A DNA stretch of 64,000 nt from Glaucostegus cemiculus (taxonomy: Eukaryota), in contig CDPCPM010000104.1 of the NCBI GenBank assembly GCA_976551045.1, positions 1,302,001 through 1,366,000 of the forward strand. The letters run 5' to 3'. Numbering within the stretch: the first letter of the stretch is position 1; every line of letters begins with the position of its first letter. Shown in pieces: positions 39,776 to 51,842 of this stretch. The notes below the pieces were generated by a model, which saw only the letters and a program-made list of their open reading frames with translations, was not told the origin of the DNA and did not search any database. Position numbers and translations under genes: made by a program.

Positions 39776-40926
39776 AAAGGACCTACTAAGCTGCTTCAAT
39801 ATATGGATGGCAGCTCTTCATTACCTTCTTGAGGAAAATAATGGAAATAAATTCTGGCCTTTCCAGAAATAACATCATCCATGCATGGATTTTGAAAATG
39901 TCAGGTGGTTTCTATAACTGGCAACTGATCTACAACACTTAATTCATAATGGTAAGCTCAAAGTATACCCACCATCAGTCCAGTAACCTTAAAAATACTG
40001 TGAACATCATGAACTTGCACTCATTTCCTTCCCAACTTAATCCCATCTCAGGCAGCTCTAAAACCATGCATGGATCAAACTGAGAAACGAGCGTGAATGT
40101 TACTTGTGATCCAGTGTATGAGTTGGATACAGTTCCTCATGTCAGAGTGAGGGGAGGATATTAAATGACATGGTTAGATTGATATGGGAAGCGTCAGGTT
40201 CTTGACTGATACTTGTCTCCAATAAAACAAGGTGAAGGGATAATCTGCTTCATATTTTAAACTGCCATTGTCAATGGTGTAATGTAGTATACCTGTGTGG
40301 ATATTAGTACAATACCATACTGTCCTATTATATATGATAGTTAAGTATGGTAAATAATAATGGGCCACACTAATGGATCAAGTAAAGTATATGCTGCTGG
40401 AAATATTATGCTTACATATAATAGACAATATATGTGTTGTTCTGATGGTTCCAGTAAAAACACACTGGCCTAATGGGTTTGATACTCCCAGATGAAATAG
40501 ACAGTAAAAATGAAGTGTGGCTTGTTATAAACCATGTGTATATAATTAGTAATGCACTCATTCCAGGTTTCATATTTCTACAATTAAAATAGGTTAGTTC
40601 ATGGAGTTGAAAATTTATAGATAAAACACAGTAATCCATTGACCTACCTGGATTTGCGTCCCTATGTAATTGTACAAAAATACACTGTGCAACTGGAACA
40701 CCATAGTTCTGGCACACAATAAATAATTCTACTTGGTCTAATACCCAGACAAATAACAAACATATTGTGCTGCTGAGGATACAGCACTGTAATATGAATT
40801 AATGACACATCGTGTTACTTGACATTCTTACATGCTACTAACAAAAATACACTATGTTATTAAATCAGATAAAATACTGCATTAGAATTTCTGAAATGGG
40901 GCCAATGAACAGAGAAATCCATTTAC

Positions 40927-41014
40927 CTGTGGATGGAATAGGAAACTTGGAGCAGGCTTCATGTACTTTTCCTTCAGTCCTTCAACTGGGTCAGAAAGTT
41001 TCCTTTTTTCCACT
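40927..41014 (-). CDS. MECOM: MECOM 88-nt exon (repression region)
   Basis: tag|A GTG GAA AAA AGG...CAT CCA CAG|gtaaat. (R)[29 protein letters not shown], homologous to EVI1 RVEKRKLTDPLEALKEKY. Phase fits the previous exon. Not in the ORF track. Confidence 0.95.
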
Positions 41015-41117
41015 CTACTTTGACAAAATTATGAACAAAATTGACAAAATTAATCTTGGTTGGGATAAAACAGTGAAGAAACTAAACAGAGGATAATTTT
41101 CAACTTATGGCCTGAAC

Positions 41118-42090
41118 TAAAGAAACAAAGGCTGGAGATGTTGGAATCTAGGTGAAAAAAACAACAAGATGCTGGAGGAACCCAGCAGGCCAGGCAGCAT
41201 CCGTGGAGAAAAGCAGATGGTCAACGTTTTGGGTGGGGACCTTTCTTTGGGACTGAAGATGGGAAAATGGGAAGCACAATATATAAGGGGCGGAGAAACA
41301 GAGCAGTGATAGGTGGACAAAAGAGGGAAGGCAGGGTGGACATGAAGTGGTGATAGGTAGATGCAGGTGAGCGGTAGATGCAGGTGAGAGATAGGCAGAT
41401 GCGGGGGAGGAGGGGAGAGCAGATCCATCGGGGGATGGGTCAAAGGTATGGTGGCAGGAGCTCAATGGGAGAAGAGGAGAGAAAACAAAATAGGCGAGGT
41501 GAAAACGGAGAGATAGGCTAGGAAAGGGAAGAAAAAAATAGGCATGTCAGTGGGGGCTTGATTTACTTAAAGTGGAAGCATTCGATGTTCATGCTGTTAG
41601 GCTGTAAAGTCCCATGATGGAAAATGAGGCATTGTTCCTGCAGTTTGCGTTTGGACTTCTCCTGGCAGTGGAGGAGGCTGAGGACTGACATATCAGTAAT
41701 GGAGTGGGAAGGGGGAGTTGAAGTGACTGGCAATGGGGAGATGCAGATCACAGTTACGGATGGAGCGCAGCTATTCTATGAAATGGTCACCTAGTCTGCA
41801 TTTGGTCTGCCAATGTAGAGGAGGCCACACTTGGAGCACCGAATGCAGCAGATGAAATTAGGGGAGGTGCAGTTAAATCGCTGCCTCACCTGAAAGGACT
41901 GTTTGGGTCCCTGGATGGAGGTGATGGAGGTGGTGTAGGGGCAGGTGTTGCACCTATGGCAGGGGAAGTGGAAAGTCCCCAGGGTGGGAGCAGGATGAGT
42001 GGGGACGGAGGAGTGAACTCAGGAGTCTCAGAGAAAGCAACCTCCATGAAAGTCAGAAAGGGACTGTAAAAGATGTCAGTAAATAAAGAA
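41118..42090 (-). mobile_element. Penelope-like element, inverted arm (Cys linker, GIY-YIG, 3' end)
   Basis: The reverse complement matches 42620-43397. Minus-strand ORFs ITDMSVLSLLHCQEKSKRKLQEQCLIFHHGTLQPNSMNIECF and THPPMDLLSPPPPHLPI are mirrored in the plus arm. Confidence 0.88.
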
Positions 42091-43397
42091 CATGCGGAAC
42101 TCGACAGTTTCATAAATTTTGCCACTAATTTTCACCCAGCTCTTCAATTCACTTGGACTATATCTGATATCTCTCTCTTCTTTCTCAATCTCTTGATCTC
42201 CATCTCAGGAGATTCTTTATCCACTAACATCTTTTACAAACCCACTGGCACCTACAGCTACGTTGATTACAGCTCCTCTCTCCCTGTCCCTTGCAAGAAC
42301 GCTATTCCTTTCTCTCAAATTCCCTGCCTCCGCCACACCTGCTCCCATGATGAGGCTTTCCATGCCAAGACATCTGAGATGTCCAACTTCTTTACTAACT
42401 GTGGCTTCCTTCCTACTGTGGTCAAGAGAGCTCGCACCACAGCTCTGTCGTTTCCCTCACCTCTGCTCTCATTCCCACCCCTCCCGGACCCAACAGGGAT
42501 AGGGTCCCCCTTGTCCTCACATTTCATCCCACCAGCCTATGTATCCAACACATCATTCTCCACCACTTCTCCCATCTCCAATGGGACCCCACCACCAAGT
42601 ATACCTTCCCCTCCCCACCCCTTTCTGCCTTTCACAGGGAGTGCTCTCTCCGTGACTCCTTAGTTCATTCCTCCCTCCCCACCCATCCTGCACCTCCCCT
42701 AATATCATCTACTGCATTTGGTGCTCCAAGTGTAGCCTCCTCTGCACTGGTGAGACTAAACGCAAACTAGGTGACCATTTTGTAGAACACCTGCACTCCA
42801 TCCGTAACTGTAATCTGCATCTCCCCATTGCCAGTCATTTCAACTCCCCCCTCCCACTCCATCACAGATACGTCAGTCCTCAGCCTCCTCCACTGCCAGG
42901 AGCAGTCCAAACACAAACTGGAGGAACAATGCCTCATTTTCTGTCTTGGGACTTTACAGCCTAACAGCATGAACGTCGAATTCTTCTACTTTAAGTAAAC
43001 CAAAGCCCCTACCCAACCATGCTTCTTCTTTTCTTCCCTTTCCTAGCCTATCTCTCTTTTACCTTCTTGCCTATTTTTTTTTATCTCCCCTCCCCGCATT
43101 GGGTGCCTGCCTCCTTACCTTTGACCCATCCCCCGATGGATCTGCTCTCCCCTCCACCCCCACACCTGCCTATCACTATCTCTTACCTGCATCTACCTAT
43201 CACAACCTTGGGCCCACCCCACCTCCCCTCCTTTGTCCATCTATCAACGCTCTGCTTTTCCCTCCTAGATATTGGGCTTCCCCTTTTCCTATCTTCAAAC
43301 CTTAGGAAGGGTCCTGACCCAAAATGTTGACGCCTGCTTCTCTCCATGGATGCTGCCTGGCCTGCTGAGTTCCTTCAGCGTCTTGTTGTTTTTTTCA
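42091..43397 (+). mobile_element. Penelope-like element, forward arm (RT thumb, GIY-YIG, 3' end)
   Basis: ORF 42073..42663 reads ELDSFINFATNFHPALQFTWTIS...FLNLLISISGDSLSTNIFYKPTGTYSYVDYSS...KNAIPFSQ. This is followed by IIYCIWCSKCSLLCTGETKRKLGDHFVEHL, a GIY-YIG-like segment. Confidence 0.9.
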
Positions 43398-44163
43398 TTA
43401 TAGCCCGAACCAACTAGTTAGTATCAGACAAACTGAATTGCTCATGGAATCCCTTTTGTGCCTGTGATTTTCTGCTAATCTTGGCTTCAGATACAGTTAC
43501 CTGGAACAAGTGATAAATCTATCACATTGCAAGGGCAGGAAGATAAGGTTAATTGAAGATGCAATTTTATTATGATTCTATTGGTTAATACAGAATTCTA
43601 TTGTCAGAAGCAGGTAATAGTTTGCTTTTGTTACTCTTTGTAATAAAAATACTAGCAATATATGAAAATGTAAATATGGGAACGAACAATATTTTAAAAT
43701 AGGTAATTAAAAAATTAAAATAAAGCTAATTAGTCATAAACCAGCAAATTCTTAGAGACGCTCCTGGTAAGAGGAATGCAAATGACAGGACAGTTTAACA
43801 CTCGAACAGTGTAAGGGGATCTAAACAGGTACTATTACTTTAAATGATGGCAATAATGTAATTTATCAAGTTCAGCTACCTTCCATTGCAGTTTACAGCA
43901 TTTATTATATGGACCAGGCAAAGGATAACATTATCCATGGCAGGAAACTGTTTTACTGGGATATTTTTATCAGCAAGGTACAAGATGTGAATAATGCCAA
44001 GTTAGGTTGTGCATAATTTTCAAGGACATGATTTATAGTGGGAAGATAATCTGAGAAAATCTGCTAAAATGTCTTTATATTACTTCGAGGTGTGGTGCAA
44101 TATTTTTGTTCATGTGCACAACTCTAGATAAGATGCCAAAACAAAAGCAACATGTTGTCTTAC

Positions 44164-45523
44164 CTGTATATAGGATCCATGAAGAAAGGGGTTGGTTTGG
44201 CATGCTGCAGAGAATGATCTGAGCTTTTGGCTTGCTCAACACTGGAGCCCCTCCTTTCCCCAAACACGTGATTCTTTCGGGGCTCCACCACGGTGCTTGC
44301 ATTGGCCCGACTTCTGCTGCTCATGCTCAGATCCAGTGGCTGCTCTTCACTTGCATAATGAGAAGTTAGTGGCTTTAAGGTCACAGGTGGCATTGGCTTC
44401 TCCTCCTTGCGTTTGGTGGTGAGGTCAAAGGGTGATTCGGAATTTGCACTCCTCAGCTTCTTCAGCTCACTGGGTGACTGGGGCTCTATTTTTAAGGGTA
44501 CAGCACTTAAGTCTCTATCTGGGAATGGGTACATTGGTTGAGAAAAGGCAGGGAAAAATTGAAAAGGGAACATGGAAGGGTATGGCAGGGGCCCTACTTT
44601 TTTATCTTGCATGCCAACAAGTCCAGTAGAACCAAAGTACTTCTCAGCAATAGAAGCAATAGCCTTAATAGAGTCATTAACAGCTCCTGTCACTGCAATC
44701 TGCTCATCCAGTGGAGGGGAGAAAAGTGAGTGGTTGGAAAATTCTCTCTTATTGTTGTTCATAGGGACTACTTTCTGGGGGCTATTTGCTTTCTCTGCTG
44801 CAGTTTTGCCATTTTCTTTATTTTTCTCTTTGTCACTTTCAATGTCGCTTTCCAGATCAGATCCAGAGGTTGTCTCTAAGTCACTGCCACTGGGTGTACT
44901 GACATCATCGAGGTCACTGCTCTCTGATTGGTCACTAGTTTTACCCCGTGGCTTCTCCTCAGAAGACTTCTCAGATGGAACCTCCAGGGGTCGAACTTCA
45001 TCTGAAGATGACTGCCTACTTGCTGCTTTCAAAGCGTCCGGTGTGTTTGGCAGCGCCTGGGATGATGACAACAACTGGCTTTGGTGTTTGGTGTTTTGTT
45101 CAGTGCCTGATAGCCCTTTCACCGGTGAGCTAGCAGGTATCAACTGTGGCCTGTGGTAAAGTCCTGAGGGAAACAGACCAGGAAAGCTAAATGGAAAGCC
45201 AGGGGCTGCTGGGAAAGTAAGTCCAGCCGGGTGCCTGTTTGCACCAAAATAGTCAGCAAGGCCAGGACTGCTGTGATTCAAGTTAACCAAACTGGACTTC
45301 TCCAGAGATGGAGCATTTGCAAGGGTAATGCCTTGACCAAATAAGCCTCCTGTGGTGAAATGGTTCTTCCCCTCACAGAATCGTCTATGCTTGTTTAATG
45401 ATGAGGTCGTGCTGAACATCTGACCGCAGTCCTTGCATTTGATTTGTGTTCTGCAGTCTGCATGCATCCTTTTATGGCGGCACAGATTGGAAAACTGTGT
45501 GTATGATTTGTGACAAACTTCAC
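44164..45523 (-). CDS. MECOM: MECOM large exon: ZF6, ZF7 (CCHC), Pro/Ser-rich region, CtBP-binding PFDLT and PLDLS motifs
   Basis: Part of ORF 44160..45551. cag|GT GAA GTT TGT...TAC AG|gtaaga, 1360 nt. Contains [47 protein letters not shown] (44418-44432), PLDLS (44325-44339) and ends PFFMDPIYR. Confidence 0.98.
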
Positions 45524-46269
45524 CTGCATGTGAAAAATGGAAACGTGTCAATCACCACGCACCTCCACAGCTGGAGCAGAGAGAACACTGAAGTGATATG
45601 GTTAGGGCATCCCCTACACAAAGGCTATCTGCAGTAGATATGAGCAATTCAGTGAAATATATGTATTGGTCCTCCCAACACCTATACTCATCAGCCTGAT
45701 GGATCCATCAAAATCTACACAAGACAAAGTTCATCCTGAAACACACTTATAATCTAAACACATTGTTTTATGGAGAACATTCCTGTAACTAGAAAACACA
45801 GGATTTGCTCCCTTTATCCGCTTTGTAACCCCTGATAAAAGCCCTATTCCATTAAAATATTGGTAAAATATTGGATGTGCAATTGATATAAGTGGAATAA
45901 CTAGAATTTAGGGCATAAGTAGAGGATTATTATTGGTGTTGCTTACTTTGTTATGTGAATTGTATGAGTAGTTGTAAATGGAACATGAAACACTTTCATT
46001 TCAAATACTCTGTCAAATTCAAGCAGCAGAGTACGCTGCCTCAGCAATCTATTTGAAATATTTTTGTGGCCTCCAAGGAGGATGAGTACTTTCATTTAAA
46101 TGAGTTCAAATTATGCCCTGCCTCCATACCTAGTGGGAACCAAACTAAAATGACAAAATTTATTTCAGATAGAACTGAGAGCAAGCAAAGATGTCCCGTA
46201 CCACTGGATTTCAAAAAATCATTACTTGCACTTACACAGCCCCAGGTCAGTCGATGTGGTAGCTTTGAA

Positions 46270-46560
46270 GAGTACACAGTATTGTAATGTAGAAATTCAG
46301 CAGCCATTTTGCACTGAGCAGGTTCCCATAAACAGTAGTGTAATATTCTCTGTGTAATCAGCTTTGGAGGTAATGAATGAGAGATATACATTGGCTAAGA
46401 AACCAGAGACAGCTCCCTTTCTCTTCAATGCTCCTGGAGTTTTTGCATCCATCTAAGAGGACAGATAGAACGTTGGTTTGATGCTTCGCCTGTAAGACAG
46501 TGGCATGGCTGCAATGCACTGTCAGCTTATTGGAACCCAGGTCCCTGAGTTGGAAGATTT
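46270..46560 (-). mobile_element. Deu-domain SINE relic
   Basis: gtattgtaatgtagaaattcagcagccattttgcactgagcaggttcccataaacag..., homologous to 53950-54170 and 56360-56400. Confidence 0.55.
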
Positions 46561-49500
46561 CATCCACTGTGCCACCTAATTCCCAGCACCCGTAAACACA
46601 AGTTTTTAACCCGTTTCTGGTGTGTATTTCCAAAGATCAATCTCTCTAGTATGGTTGAGTTGGAACTCCCATACCACTCAGTACATGCCTGTATCCATAT
46701 ATACCAGTAGTTCTTGCAGCGGTGAATTACATGGTTTGGCCCATTGGAGTCACTTGTTGGTGCTTTTGTTCAGGCCTTGTTTAATTTGAGTAGATCAGCT
46801 TGGAGGTCATTAAATCTAATTGTATGGCCAAGGTTTCAACTAATGCTGTTGCCTAAGGAAAGTTATATATAAAGCAATGACTTTTCCCTTCTGTGCATGT
46901 GAAACTGACTAATTGGAACAGTTACAGCAGTACTTTGCTCTGAATTCCCATTATGCAGTAAAGTACAGTTTTTGAATGGAACCAGATGTTATTCTTCTAA
47001 GAATCCTGGAGCCTCAGATGGTATCTTGGGATCTGCACTTGTTAATAATGAATTGTTGCTGTAGTCATACTCATCCTTTGCACATCAAAGAAGGAAAACA
47101 ATGGGTATTGAGTGCTCTGAATCACTTGTCAACAACTTTTTTTAACATTTGTAAAAGACTGACAAAGTATCACAATGCAATGATCCCGTCGCTATTTTAA
47201 GCAGAAAAGAAGGAAGCTGGATTGAATGTATCCCATCCTGCACTCTTAGTTCCCATGGTCCTGTAATCACGTCCTCTATTTCCCCTCTTACTGTTCCTGA
47301 TGGTAGCCTTCCTGCATTTGAACGTTTCTTTAACCTCAGCCATTCACATTAAACACTAACGGATAAATAGAAAACACTGAAGTGTTTCAATGATGCCAAT
47401 GATACACTGAAGTAGGTTGCAAAATGTTATGTACCTTCAATTAAAGCATTACTTCCTATCTGCTGATGACCATTACAGAGTACAGAGGAAACTATTAATA
47501 AACTGTACAGTTATGTAACATTGCTTCCCTTTGACTTACTGTTCAAGCTAAATACCTACACAACTTGTAAAGTTCATCAACATCAGAAAAGCTAAATTTT
47601 TCTGCAATTAATGCAATAAAAGCTGAATTAAGCTGAATTCATGTAACTGCTGGTATATATGGATTCAGGCATATACTGAGTGGAATGGGAGTTCCAACCC
47701 AACCATAATGGACCTTTGAAAATACACTCCAGAAATGGGTCAAAAGCTTGTGTTTTAAAAAGCCTGTAATACATGGCTTATAATGTGTGAAAACAAACCA
47801 TTAAATGCAGCCGAAAGCAGGGTCATTATAACCTGAATTTTTTTTTTAATGTTAGACTTAGACACTCTGAAATTCAGAAATTACTCATAAGAGATTAGTG
47901 CTGGATGCATATAACTGATTGTCTTGCTGTGAGTGGGGGAAATTTCCTTCTTTGATAAAATTTGGAGATGTAGTTTGTGCACTTTTTTCTAGCACTTAAA
48001 GATCAATTGCAACCTTCAGTCTAAAATAATTTCACCTGAAAGGGTTATTTTAAATATGAGGGTCCTATACAAACTTTAGGGCAACTTTGTAGTTTCCAAT
48101 GACTTTCAATGAAAATTTATCCCCAGAAACATCAGACTGTTTAATCGAGTCCAGCATCTTGGTCCACAGATCAGCTAAGATCCTGTTGAATGACTGATCT
48201 AAGGATGTGTGCGATGTAGCTCAAGTACTGGATGGCCTATACCTATTACCATTGTTTCTTCTATGGTCTTGACTGGCAGTATATTTAACATTCAAATGAG
48301 AGAAACAGCACATTTATTTAATAATTTTTTATGAGTGGGATTTATTTTGGTCTGCCCATGTGACCTAATTATGTCCTTTGATGCTCTATAGCTGTTCATC
48401 TATACCATCTGTCCTGATGTGGATAAAGTAGAAAAATCAACACACTTCAGTGGAGAGCACAGGTGACATCTGCTCTCAGCTAGATCAGGACAAATAATTT
48501 GCCTTCACCGGGAATAAGAATTAGTTAGTATCATCCAGTTATAGTGTGGGACCTGAATTACAGTGAAGGTTCATGCTACATTAACCAATTTTTTCCCCTC
48601 CTTCCCAGTACTTGTCAGCTTCCTGAGCACATCCCACCATTTTCTCTAGGCTTTGGCACTTCTGTGCATATCTGGTCATGGTTTTGCACCTTTTGGGAAG
48701 GTTTTGATCTTATACAGTAGTGAGAATGAGCAACAACAAATCAGCAGCGTATTAACTTCAACTCATTAAAACAGAGGGCTGTAAATTCACTAATGCTCAA
48801 AGTCAACCTGTGAACTCTCATTAAGGGGAGGACACTGCCACCAGATGAATGCAGGAGTGGAAAATCTTGGTTTTTTTGTTGTAAAATCTTTAAAGGCAGA
48901 GCTTAGGAAGCAACATCACTGAATGCTTAAGTTCCAATGACATTGTACTCTATGCCATTTAATGGAGGCATTAATTTATTAAAAGTAAATCATGTAACAG
49001 GTCTGTCAAAATAGGAAATAGAGGAACGGTACTTGGACAAAATAAGCATTTATTCACTTTAATTGGCCAGGTTGAGATTAATTTTCTGTGTTGAAAATAA
49101 AAATGATATCAAATTGTAAAATTCCAAACAAAGTTGACATAATGTTATTTTGTTAGGTAGAATAAAAAAGCTAAATTTTATATTCTCAAGTGGGCCTAAC
49201 GAGCTCCAGGTAGATTGGGATTTGCATTTTATTAGAGTAGAAGATGCTTAATCAATCAACTAAACTGCTCTGTAAAATGTGAAATCATCTGGGTGACTCT
49301 AGCCTCACACTATAAGAGATGTTCCTTTATCCCACCCATCACTCTCCCGCTCCCTACAACTTCAAGCTAACTCATTTCTTCTCTTTCTCAGATCTGAGGC
49401 AGGATCTTTGACCGTATCTCTCCACAAATGCTGCCTGACCTGCTAAGTATTTCCACCGTTTTCTGTTTTTACTGCAATTGATATTATTCTTTCTTGATTC

Positions 49501-49824
49501 CAACCAAATTGATACTCCCAACCTTAGGAAGCAAAGATAATTCTCCTTGTAAAATATACAACATTAAACTATTGATCATTAGCATAAAGTTCTAAAGCAC
49601 AATTGTAAAAGACAAAAACTCTTTTGAAGAATTGAATTAATTAACAATAAAATGAAAGCTTGGCCAGAGGAAACTCATGTCTTTTCCTATTTTGTACTTG
49701 CCTATTTTCTTATATGCCCAGTCACAGATATTTTAAAATAAATGTTACAATAAAAAAATTCCATATATTCCTGTTCTAGACAGGTTTAGTCCTTTAAGAA
49801 AAGAGTCACTGGCCTATTGACTAT

Positions 49825-50160
49825 GAGAACATAGGAAACAGAAGGGTAGATCATTTGGTCCCTCATCCTGCTCCACTGTTCTATAAGATTTTTTAACTCA
49901 GTGTTACATTCCTGCAGTGACCTCATATCTCTTGATATGCTAAAACCTATTGATCTCTGTCTTGAATAAAATCACTGACTGAGCCTCAATAGCTTTCTTT
50001 GGTTCCAAAGATTCTCTACTCCCTGGGCAAGAAATTTATTCTCATCTCAGTCATGTCCTATACACCTCAACCAGGGGAATCATCACTCCTGTATGTACCC
50101 TATCAAGCCTTTTTTGGGAATGGATATTTTAACATTGGGGATGAAACTGTTGTTTCAAAT
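49825..50160 (-). mobile_element. CR1-type LINE 3' end
   Basis: gaacataggaaacagaagggtagatcatttggtccctc...ttccaaagattctctactccctgggcaagaaattt. Confidence 0.6.
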
Positions 50161-50629
50161 AATCAACTTGTTATAGAAACCTCACCAATCTAATTTCCAT
50201 CAATTTAAGGGAAATAACAATAGTTCATCTTCCACAGTGTGCAACTGCTCCAAGATGTCCTTGTGTTCGATTTTACAAGCAAAAGGAATCAACATACTAC
50301 TCCGCCGTTCAGTAATGTTGATGCCCAGAGCCAGTTTACACATGCAATGTCTGATTAAATGGAGACTAAACATTGGCCAGCTTCATAGTGGGTGGTCAAT
50401 CCAAAATGAAGTTTGATACTGGGTTGTTACGTTGACAATCAAGTACAGTCAATTTAGTTATTTCACTCTGCTTCAGGTGTGTGTTTGCTTTTATTAAGGG
50501 ATGCTTCTAAATATTAAGGAAGATTTAGTAAAGCTGCACTTGCCAATCATAGATTTGCTGGACAACAATATAACAGAGGCAAGGATAAAGATCTACTGAA
50601 ATAACTATGCAACCTCTACCATCACTTGC

Positions 50630-50940
50630 AAAGTGTCAGCCTGTTTAGTGGCTACATCCTTACACCTTTGCTTCTGAAGAAAATGAATTGAATCTCTACT
50701 CCAGACATCTGAGGGAGTACTGCACCATCGGAGGTGCTCTTTTTTTGGATGAGATGGTATGCTGCGGTTCTCCTTCTCTCACAACTAAACAAAAATGATG
50801 CTGTGGCACTATTTGACCACTATCACCAAAAACAGATTGGTTGGTATTTATAGCAGATGCACTGGTAGAAGCTGATGGCCGTGTTTATCTACAAAGCAAT
50901 TGCGTTTACATTTTGGAGTAGTTCAGTGCAAAGAGCTTGG
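50630..50940 (+). mobile_element. Deu-domain SINE relic
   Basis: ctgagggagtactgcaccatcggaggtgctctttttttggatgagatg closely follows the Deu-domain core. Confidence 0.7.
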
Positions 50941-51546
50941 AGATACTCTGATAATATGGAAGTTATGAGACTGTTAGCCAGGTCAACTTCAGCAACTTGG
51001 CCTCAGTAACTGACCTTCAATGAATATAAGGCAGGAGGTAACTGTACATGTAACTGTGGATTACTGGTGTGCAAAAAGTGAATGCACATACTTGAAAATA
51101 ATTTGTCAAAGGTTTTGAAGATGGTATGAATCTATTCATTTCACACAAAATGGTAAGTGATGAGAATCCAGAAATTGTGAAATCAACATAGAACCATTTA
51201 ATATGTGTATATGACATCCTTTCATCAATTATTTTAGTGGAGGTTATGATATTTCAACAAGTGACATTGTTGCAAGGTCAGAGCCTGGTAACAGTTATAT
51301 ATAAGTCATGGTCTCCTGTCACCAGGATTGTCATAACCCTGGGGCTGTCATGATAAAGTTATCTGCAGGCCAATTTAGTGGACCTGCATGAAGTTTAAAT
51401 TCCAATATGCAAATTCCACTCAATCCTAATCCCAGTTCTGAGCCTCTGGGTTTTGGTTCTAGCTGGCACTTGTTACATTTTCTGTTTTTTTGTCAGCTGG
51501 TCACTATGTGCTAACTGCTGCCCAAGTTTACATCACCCATGGATTG

Positions 51547-51842
51547 AGATAAGATACAATTTCTTTATTATTCACACATACATTGAAACACACAGTGAAA
51601 TACATCTTTTGCGTTGTGATTTGGGGGGCAGCCCGCAAGTGTCGCCACACTTCCGGCGCCAACACAGCATGCCCATAACTTCCTAACCTGTACGTCTTTG
51701 GAATGTGGGAGGAAACTGGAGCACCCAGAGGAAACCCACGCAGACACGGGGAGGACGTACAAACTCCTTACAGACAGTGGCCAGATTTGAACCTGGGTCG
51801 CTGGCGCAGTAAAGCATTGTGCTAACCACTATGCTACCGTGA
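51547..51842 (-). mobile_element. Young V-domain SINE
   Basis: Reverse complement acggtagcatagtggttagcacaatgctttactgcgccagcgacccaggttcaaatctggcc (A and B boxes), followed by gtgtctgcgtgggtttcctctgggtgctccagtttcctcccaca. CpGs are retained. Confidence 0.9.

Noticed and set aside
42073-42663. Intact RT gene or domesticated ORF
   Set aside because: It is 5'-truncated, lacks the catalytic RT core, and drifts out of frame after about KRAR. It is a dead PLE fragment.
44572-45159. 195-aa plus-strand ORF
   Set aside because: It is the antisense shadow of the MECOM large exon and shows no independent protein features.
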